A stretch of 39,304 bases of DNA, taken from NCBI GenBank assembly GCA_004554105.1, contig SFNW01000004.1, forward strand, positions 1-39,304, read 5' to 3'. The notes beneath the pieces are model-generated. The model was not told the DNA's origin. It searched no databases and worked only from the letters and a program-made list of their open reading frames with translations. How positions within the stretch are numbered: the stretch's first letter is position 1; every line of letters starts with the position of its first letter. This DNA is from Clostridiales bacterium (GTDB lineage: Bacteria; Bacillota; Clostridia; Oscillospirales; CAG-272). The translations under genes and the position numbers were made by a program. This document shows, in pieces, positions 33,063-39,304 of the stretch.

Positions 33063-34328
33063 TTACTGTATCTCGGTCGAAAGTTCAATCTTGGTCTCGG
33101 CGGGTTTGTCCTCAATCAGAGTGACGTCGATCTCGGCATATTTGCCGGAGCGAATGACCGTAATCGTGACCTTGTCGCCGACCTTATAGCTTTGGAGCGC
33201 GCTCTTCAGCGTCGCGGAGTTTGAAACCTCATAGTCGCCGAAGCGGACGATGCGGTCGCCGTTCTGCAAACCGGTTTCGCCGCCGTCATAGACGTAGATG
33301 CCGTAGGAGTTGACTCTGTAGCGCATCAAATCCATGTAGTCGTCGATTTCGATATACGAAATGCCGATGGCGGGACGACCCGAAACATAGCCGTTGGTCA
33401 TCAGTTCGGTTGCGATGGTATACGCCGTGTTAATCGGAATCGCAAAGCCGAGTCCCTCGATGTCGCTGCCCGCCGCCTTCGCATTGACGATAGCGATAAG
33501 CTCGCCGCGCATATTGAAGAGACCGCCGCCGCTGTTGCCGGGGTTGATTGCCGCGTTGGTCTGCAGGAGCGTCATCGACTGACCGGATACGATAATCTCA
33601 CGGTCAAGCGCACTGATGATGCCGTTGGTCACGCTGCCGCCCAGCGAGCCGAGCGGGTTGCCGACGGCAAGCACCTCGTCGCCGACAGCCAATTTTGTGC
33701 TGTCGCCGAGCGTGGCGCAGGGCAAATCCGTTTCCTCAATCTTGATGACCGCGATGTCCTCCTGCGAGTCGGCGCCGATGAGCTTCGCCTCATATTCGTC
33801 GCCACTGGTCAGTCTGACCGTGATTCTGGTCGCGCCCTCAATGACGTGGTTGTTGGTGATGATATAGCCGTCCGCCGTGATCAGAACGCCGCTGCCCGCG
33901 CCGCTCTGCACATACTGCGAGAAATACGAGCCGTTGACCGTCTGTTCGGTGGTAATCTCAACGACCGAGGGCTTGACCTTTGCCGCAACCTGCGCATAGG
34001 TCATGCCGCCGTCGGACGAAAGCGCCGTATTGGCGGTCTGCGCACCCGGCATCGTGACGACCGGCGTCGAAACCGTCGTCTGCGCGGGCGCTTCGGTCGC
34101 CGTCTCGCCGCCGCCCGCCAGCATTGCGCCGAGCGCGCCGCTGCCTGCGGACAAACCGACGATCAGAAGACCGATTGCAAGGTTTTTAACGACTTTTTTG
34201 CTCTTTTTCTTGTCTTTTTCCACGGGTTTCGGCTCGCCCTCAAAGTGAAGAACAACAGGCTCGCTCGTGTTGCGCTCCGCCTCCTGCGAATAGCTGTTTT
34301 CGGAATTGTTGAATTGATATTCAGCCAT
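33063..34328 (-). CDS. htrA: HtrA/DegP-family serine protease (TM anchor, trypsin-like domain, PDZ)
   Basis: ORF track, 421 aa. Diagnostic sequence: TNNHVIEG, DIAVIKI, GNSGGGLFN, with a C-terminal PDZ domain. Confidence 0.9.
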   Translation of the reverse strand: MAEYQFNNSENSYSQEAERNTSEPVVLHFEGEPKPVEKDKKKSKKVVKNLAIGLLIVGLSAGSGALGAMLAGGGETATEAPAQTTVSTPVVTMPGAQTANTALSSDGGMTYAQVAAKVKPSVVEITTEQTVNGSYFSQYVQSGAGSGVLITADGYIITNNHVIEGATRITVRLTSGDEYEAKLIGADSQEDIAVIKIEETDLPCATLGDSTKLAVGDEVLAVGNPLGSLGGSVTNGIISALDREIIVSGQSMTLLQTNAAINPGNSGGGLFNMRGELIAIVNAKAAGSDIEGLGFAIPINTAYTIATELMTNGYVSGRPAIGISYIEIDDYMDLMRYRVNSYGIYVYDGGETGLQNGDRIVRFGDYEVSNSATLKSALQSYKVGDKVTITVIRSGKYAEIDVTLIEDKPAETKIELSTEIQ

Positions 34329-34462
34329 GATAAGACCTCCGTTTTCCGTTTTGTGCTATCAGTATACCCCGCCATTGTGACGATTTTATGACCGCGTTTG
34401 GAAATTATACTGAAAATTTTATGCAGTTCAAGCAAGCATTTGATTCTGCACGCGCGATCGGG

Positions 34463-34906
34463 CTATTCTCTTTTATTTTTGAGCATATCAAGGTAGTTTT
34501 GCAGGATAATTTCGGCGGAAAGCGTGTCGACCACGCTTTTGCGCTTTGCGCCGCGCGTATCGGTCAGGTTGAGAATTTGATGCGCCGCCATCGTCGTCAC
34601 CCGCTCGTCGAAAAAGACGATTTCCGCGTCGGTCAGCGGGCGCAAAAGTTCCGCAAACGCGCGGATTTTCTCGGCGCTCGCCCCCTCGCTGCCGTCCATA
34701 TTCTTCGGCATACCGATGACAATAACGCCCGCGCCGCGCGCCGCCGCCGTCTCGGCGACCTTTTGCGCCGTCGCGCGCATACCGCCCTCGCTTACCGTGC
34801 CGATGCCGCCGGCGAGAAAGCGCTTTTCGTCCGACAGCGCAAGCCCCGTGCGCCGGTCTCCGTAATCCACGCCCAGCACGCGCGAAGCATTTTTGTTTTC
34901 AAGCAT
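34463..34906 (-). CDS. ruvX: Holliday-junction-resolvase-like nuclease YqgF/RuvX
   Basis: The ORF track frame starts at 34957. The start is set at ATG 34906. Diagnostic sequence: VLGVDYGDRRTGLALSD, VIGMPKNMDGSEG, DERVTT. Confidence 0.9.
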   Translation of the reverse strand: MLENKNASRVLGVDYGDRRTGLALSDEKRFLAGGIGTVSEGGMRATAQKVAETAAARGAGVIVIGMPKNMDGSEGASAEKIRAFAELLRPLTDAEIVFFDERVTTMAAHQILNLTDTRGAKRKSVVDTLSAEIILQNYLDMLKNKRE

Positions 34907-35057
34907 AAATATAACCTTTCTTTTGAAATATATCAATCGGAGAAGCAAAATGTTCATTCAAGAAGCAAGCGAGACAAGGCGCACCGGAGCCGCCCTCCCG
35001 AAGGCGTAGTTCTCTACGTCGAGCCGCTTTCGAGGAGCAACAAAGTATTGCGGAAAA

Positions 35058-36119
35058 TTATTCGATGAACATCGCATCTCCGAAACTGAAAAACCGGTAC
35101 CCCTCGCGCACCGCCAGCTTGTACGCCTCGAGCATCTTTTCGCGGTCATAGAACGCGCTGACCAGCATCAAGAGGGTGCTTTCGGGCAGATGAAAATTCG
35201 TAATCAGCGCGTCGGTCATCTTGAAGCGATAGCCCGGATAGATGAAAATGCCTGTATCGTCCGCCATGGGGTGCAGAATCCCGTTTTCGTCCGACGCGCT
35301 CTCCAGCACGCGGCAGGAGGTCGTGCCGACGGCAATCACGCGCCCGCCCGCCGCGCGGCGGCGATTGATTTCGTCCGCGCTTTCGGGGCTGACCGAAAAA
35401 TACTCGCTGTGCATGACATGGTCGCCGACCTTCGACTCCTTGACCGGGCGGAAGGTCCCGAGCCCGACGTGCAGCATGACCGGCACGACGGCGACGCCCT
35501 TTTCGCGAATGCGGTCGAGCAGCTCGGTTGTGAAATGCAGCCCCGCCGTCGGCGCAGCCGCACTGCCCTCCTCCTTGGCGTAGACCGTCTGATAGCGGCT
35601 GCCGTCCTCGAGTTTTTCGGTAATATAGGGCGGCAGCGGCATACTGCCGATTTTGTCAAGCAGCGTGTAAATTTCGGCGCCGCCCGCCGAAAAGGTCACG
35701 ATGCGGTTGCCCTCCTCGACGATGTCAGTGATTTCGCCCGTGAGCAGTCCGTCGCCGAAGATAAACTTCCTGCCGAGCTTCGCCTTTTTGCCCGGACGCA
35801 CCAGCGTCTCCCACGCGCGGTCGCCGCGGCGGCGCAAAAGGAGAAATTCGACCGTGCGGTCGGCTTTTTCCGCGTCGGTTCCGTAAAGCCGCGCGGGAAT
35901 GACCTTGGAATCGTTAATCACCAAAACGTCCTCGGGACGGAGATAGTCAATGATGTCGTAAAAATGCTTATGCGCGATTTCCCCGCTTTTGCGGTCAATC
36001 ACCATCAGCCGCGAGGTGTCGCGCGGCTCTGCGGGGTGCTGCGCGATTTGGCTCTGCGGCAGCTCATAAAAAAAGTCTTCCTTGCAGAGGTCGGTTTTGA
36101 TTCGTTCGTTCTTTACCAT
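35058..36119 (-). CDS. queA: S-adenosylmethionine:tRNA ribosyltransferase-isomerase
   Basis: ORF track, 353 aa. Diagnostic sequence: FFYELPQSQIAQHP, PLPPYI, GTTSCRVLES, FFSFGDAMFI. Confidence 0.95.
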   Translation of the reverse strand: MVKNERIKTDLCKEDFFYELPQSQIAQHPAEPRDTSRLMVIDRKSGEIAHKHFYDIIDYLRPEDVLVINDSKVIPARLYGTDAEKADRTVEFLLLRRRGDRAWETLVRPGKKAKLGRKFIFGDGLLTGEITDIVEEGNRIVTFSAGGAEIYTLLDKIGSMPLPPYITEKLEDGSRYQTVYAKEEGSAAAPTAGLHFTTELLDRIREKGVAVVPVMLHVGLGTFRPVKESKVGDHVMHSEYFSVSPESADEINRRRAAGGRVIAVGTTSCRVLESASDENGILHPMADDTGIFIYPGYRFKMTDALITNFHLPESTLLMLVSAFYDREKMLEAYKLAVREGYRFFSFGDAMFIE

Positions 36120-36208
36120 ATTGCTCGCTTTCGCAAAATTTCCAAACTTTCATAAGATACTACTGGTATTATAATACGGTTTCCGTAGAATTTCAAGTAG
36201 AGGCTGCT

Positions 36209-37105
36209 ATGAAAGAACATACAACGAATTTTCCGCTCTTTACGGGCGCGGCGACGGCGCTGGCAACGCCGTTTTCGGGCGGAGAGCCCGACCTCGCCGC
36301 GTTTGAAAGCCAGGTCCGCTGGCAAATCGACATGGGCATCGACGCGCTCTGCGTCGCGGGGACGACCGGCGAGGCGGCAACGCTTTCGCGGAGCGAACGC
36401 CGCAAGCTGCTCGCCGCCGCAAAGCCGCTGACCGAGGGCAAAATTCCGCTGATTGCCGGCTGCGGCAGTGCCGACACGAAAACGGCGTGTACGCTCTGCG
36501 AAGACGCCAAAAATCTCGGTGCGGACGCCCTGCTCGTCATTACCCCCTATTGCAACAAGGGCACAAAACAAGGCATTTTGGAGCATTATCGGCGCGTCGC
36601 AGAGGCGGCGGACGGCATACCGATCATCGTCTACAATGTCCCGTCGCGCACCGGCGTCGATTTGACGCTCGAACAGTACAAAGCCCTTGCCGCAATTCCG
36701 AATATCCGCGCGGTCAAGGAGGCGTCGCCGAATATGACAAAAGTCACGCGGCTCTGCGCCGAAACGCCGCTTGCCGTCTACAGCGGCAACGACGACATGA
36801 CTTTGCCGGTCGTGTCGCTCGGCGGAAGCGGTGTCATCTCGGTGCTGTCCAACCTCGCGCCCGCCGCGGTCTCGGCAATGGCGCACGCGGCAGCGGACGG
36901 CGATTTTCAAACGGCGCGGCGATTAGCGCACAAATACGCGCGTCTTGTCTCGCTGCTCTTTGCCGAGACCAATCCCGCGCCGCTGAAATACGCGATGGAG
37001 CTGCTCGGGCTCTGCGCGGGCGAGCTTCGCCTGCCGCTCGCCGAGGTCGACGGCGCGCTCAAGGAAAAAATCCGCGCCGAAATGACCGCCCTCTCCATGC
37101 TGTAG
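36209..37105 (+). CDS. dapA: 4-hydroxy-tetrahydrodipicolinate synthase
   Basis: ORF track, 298 aa. Diagnostic sequence: TALATPF, GTTGEAATLS, YNVPSRTG, IRAVKEAS. Confidence 0.95.
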   Translation: MKEHTTNFPLFTGAATALATPFSGGEPDLAAFESQVRWQIDMGIDALCVAGTTGEAATLSRSERRKLLAAAKPLTEGKIPLIAGCGSADTKTACTLCEDAKNLGADALLVITPYCNKGTKQGILEHYRRVAEAADGIPIIVYNVPSRTGVDLTLEQYKALAAIPNIRAVKEASPNMTKVTRLCAETPLAVYSGNDDMTLPVVSLGGSGVISVLSNLAPAAVSAMAHAAADGDFQTARRLAHKYARLVSLLFAETNPAPLKYAMELLGLCAGELRLPLAEVDGALKEKIRAEMTALSML

Positions 37106-37168
37106 GCATTTCGGGAAAAGGCGTCGACCTTTTCGGCGTCTTTTCCCGCTTTTTGTTCATTCTTGCCG

Positions 37169-37197
37169 TTGACACGGACGGCGTTTGCGGATATAAT
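37169..37197 (+). promoter_or_regulatory. Consensus sigma-A promoter of guaA
   Basis: TTGACA (37169-37174), 17-nt spacer, TATAAT (37192-37197). The leader is only about 45 nt. Confidence 0.6.
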
Positions 37198-37247
37198 GTA
37201 GGTTGTACTATTATTTCGTTCTTTCGTCGGAAAGGAATTCTTAAACC

Positions 37248-39110
37248 ATGGAAAAACTTGCGATTCTCGACTGCGGCGGTCAGTACACAAAGGTCATCGA
37301 CCGCAAGGTGCGCGAGCTCGGCGTTTATTCGGACATTTTCCCGATGGGCGTCGGCGCGGACAAGCTGATCGGCTATGACGCGATGATTCTCAGCGGCGGT
37401 CCGTCCAGCGTCTGGGCAAGCGGTGCGCCTACCTACGACCCGAACATTTTCTCGCTCGGTATCCCGACGCTCGGCATCTGCTACGGTATGCAGCTCATCA
37501 ACGAGCATTTCGGCGGCATTGTGCGCCCCGAGGTCAAAACCGAGTACGGTCCGACCGAAATCGACATCGTCGCGCCCTGCCCGCTCACCGACGGGCTGGA
37601 TAAAAAGCAGACCGTCCTGATGAGCCACGGCGACGCCGTGCAGAAGCACGCCGACGGCTTTGTCACCTTCGCGGTTACGGGCGATGTGGTCGCCGGTATC
37701 TACAACGCCGAAAAGAAGATTATCGGCGTGCAGTTCCACCCCGAAGTCGACCTTTCCGAGCACGGCGTCGAAATGCTCGAAAACTTCCTGCGCAAGTTCT
37801 GCAATCTGAAAGAGACCTACGCGCTCGAGGACCGCATCGAGACCTCGGTCAAAATGATTCGCGAAAAGGTCGGGAATAACAAGGTCATCGTGCTGGTTTC
37901 GGGCGGCGTCGACAGCGCCGTCACCGCCGCGCTGCTCGTGCGCGCGCTCCCGCCGGAAAACGTCTATGCGATCCACATCGACCACGGCATGATGCGCAAG
38001 AACGAGAGCGACCTCATCTGCGAAAACCTGAAGAAGCTCGGACTTGTCCACATGAAGCGCGTCAACGCCGAAAACGAGTTCTTCAACGGCGCGGTCGACG
38101 ACGGCGACGGCAAGATTATCGGGCCGCTGTCCAAGACGGTCGACCCCGAAAAGAAGCGCAAGATCATCGGCTCGATGTTCATTAAGGTCACCGCCAAGGC
38201 GGCGGAGGAGATCGGCATCGACTTTGAAAACACCTTCCTTGCGCAGGGAACGCTCCGCCCCGACTTAATCGAGAGCGGCAACCCCGACGTCAGCGGCTAC
38301 GCAAACAAGATCAAGACGCATCACAACGACGTCGATATTATCCGCAAATTCCGCGAGCGCGGCAAGATTATCGAGACCAACTGGGACTGGCACAAGGACG
38401 AGGTGCGCCAGGTCGCCCGTATGCTCGGGCTCGATGAGGAGATTGCCTCGCGCCAGCCCTTCCCCGGTCCCGGGCTCGGCGTCCGCATTATCTGCAATGA
38501 TTCGACCGTTGCCTTTACGACCGAGCAGCGCGAACAGCTCGCCGCATTCCTCGGCAGCTATGCCGGCGGCAAATACACCGGCAGAATCGCGCCGATTCGC
38601 AGCGTCGGCGTGCAGGGCGACAACCGCTCGTATAAGAGCCTTGTGATTCTCGGCGGCGGTCTGCCCGCAAACTTTGAGGAGGCGTTTGACGTCGCGCGCG
38701 CGATTCCGAACAACCTGCCCTTCATCAACCGCGTTGCCTACCGCGTCGACAGCACCGACCCGATTTCGGTCTTCTCCTGCTCTCCGATGCACATTTGCCA
38801 TGAGACGGCGGAAATTCTCCGCGAGGCGGACGCCATCGTGACGGGCACCGTGATGAACAAGAAAATCGCACAGTGCTTCGCCGTTCTAATTCCGGTCTCG
38901 ACCGTGCAGGACAAGCCCTATTCGGTCGTCATTCGCGCCGTCGTCACCAGCGACTATATGACAGCCCGCGCCGCCGTCCCCGGCGTCCACTTCGCGCCCG
39001 AGGCACTTACCTCCGCCGCAAAGCAGATCAAGGACAAGCTCGGCGATAAGGTCGATATGGTCCTCTACGACATCACCGGCAAACCCCCGGCAACCATTGA
39101 ATGGGAATAA
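37248..39110 (+). CDS. guaA: GMP synthase (glutamine-hydrolysing), long eukaryote-like type (620 aa)
   Basis: ORF track. The GATase domain has ILDCGGQYTKVIDRKVRELGVYSDIFP and GICYGMQ. The ATP-PPase domain has VSGGVDSAV. Further matches: LAQGTLRPDLIESG..IKTHHNDVDIIRKFRERGKIIE..HKDEVR, FPGPGLGVRIIC, VGVQGDNRSY, KPPATIEWE. Confidence 0.9.
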   Translation: MEKLAILDCGGQYTKVIDRKVRELGVYSDIFPMGVGADKLIGYDAMILSGGPSSVWASGAPTYDPNIFSLGIPTLGICYGMQLINEHFGGIVRPEVKTEYGPTEIDIVAPCPLTDGLDKKQTVLMSHGDAVQKHADGFVTFAVTGDVVAGIYNAEKKIIGVQFHPEVDLSEHGVEMLENFLRKFCNLKETYALEDRIETSVKMIREKVGNNKVIVLVSGGVDSAVTAALLVRALPPENVYAIHIDHGMMRKNESDLICENLKKLGLVHMKRVNAENEFFNGAVDDGDGKIIGPLSKTVDPEKKRKIIGSMFIKVTAKAAEEIGIDFENTFLAQGTLRPDLIESGNPDVSGYANKIKTHHNDVDIIRKFRERGKIIETNWDWHKDEVRQVARMLGLDEEIASRQPFPGPGLGVRIICNDSTVAFTTEQREQLAAFLGSYAGGKYTGRIAPIRSVGVQGDNRSYKSLVILGGGLPANFEEAFDVARAIPNNLPFINRVAYRVDSTDPISVFSCSPMHICHETAEILREADAIVTGTVMNKKIAQCFAVLIPVSTVQDKPYSVVIRAVVTSDYMTARAAVPGVHFAPEALTSAAKQIKDKLGDKVDMVLYDITGKPPATIEWE

Positions 39111-39142
39111 TGCCCCAAACGATTCGCGATTCATAAACAAAG

Positions 39143-39177
39143 AGCTAACTGATTTCGTGTCAGTTAGCTTTTTTTAT
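39143..39177 (+). terminator. Rho-independent terminator of guaA
   Basis: agctaactga-tttcgtg-tcagttagct followed by a T7 run. Confidence 0.8.
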
Positions 39178-39272
39178 TTCCGGTGCAGACGCAAATATTC
39201 AAAAATAGTATTGCTATTATTCGAGATATAGAATATAATTGTTACAAACAGCAAAAGCATTGCGAGGTTGTT

Positions 39273-39304
39273 ATGGAATTTATGTCTGCAAGAGAAGCCG
39301 CTGA
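39273..39304 (+). CDS. 5' end of an unidentified gene in an AT-rich segment (only 10 codons visible)
   Basis: ATG 39273 is preceded by GAGG with 5-nt spacing. The visible product is MEFMSAREAA... The gene runs off the window. Confidence 0.3.
   Translation, partial: MEFMSAREAA

Noticed and set aside
34907-35057. The 150-nt spacer between queA and ruvX as another repeat copy. It has weak resemblance to family C (ccgctttcgagg, acaaagta) and a small hairpin cgtag-ttct-ctacg.
   Set aside because: The similarity is short and patchy, and I could not align the conserved family C ends (gatgcagaatcg / cggtctgcgc). It is left unassigned.
37198-37247. A purine or guanine riboswitch upstream of guaA, and an L-box upstream of dapA (36120-36208).
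   Set aside because: The leaders are only ~45-60 nt from the predicted -10 boxes to the start codons. That is too short for either aptamer, and no conserved junction sequences were seen.

Overview
This is a 39.3-kb chromosomal segment from a high-GC, endospore-forming Firmicute. The taxon (Clostridia, Oscillospiraceae/Ruminococcaceae-like) is an inference from the yabP-yabQ-divIC and rny-ymdB operons, the strong GC3 bias and the repeat content. I support about 36 protein genes, one tRNA-Thr, one riboswitch, and several promoters and terminators. Most genes are housekeeping: pgk-tpiA, rsmA, tdk, rny-ymdB, pdxK, ruvX, queA, dapA, guaA, bcp, htrA plus a two-component system, and a FecBCD/BtuFCD-type ABC importer. 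Eight things deserve a second look. (1) A zinc-type macrodomain gene overlaps a class-M-like SIR2 gene (ADP-ribosyl eraser and writer) on a visibly lower-GC 2.9-kb islet that also carries an HxlR/NAD(P)H-oxidoreductase pair. The islet is bracketed by direct repeats, and the usual GcvH-L/LplA2 partners are absent. (2) A yybP-ykoY (Mn2+) riboswitch-like leader with an overlapping terminator sits in front of a P2-type cation ATPase. (3) At least five families of short, highly structured intergenic repeats (called A/B, C, D, E here) are present. Their hairpins are preserved by compensatory changes between copies, and they fill nearly every long spacer, including spacers inside operons. (4) The hslO (Hsp33) gene is broken by an out-of-frame internal deletion. 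(5) A class-I fumarase alpha subunit is welded onto the yabP-yabQ-divIC operon with no beta subunit in the window. (6) A CadA/ZntA-type ATPase has a His/Cys/Asp-rich tail in place of an HMA domain. (7) Two tandem genes encode trigger-factor-like PPIase lipoproteins. (8) A eukaryote-type long GuaA is followed by an abrupt AT-rich junction at the window end. No CRISPR array, rRNA, transposase or integrase was seen. GC statements are by eye, not computed.
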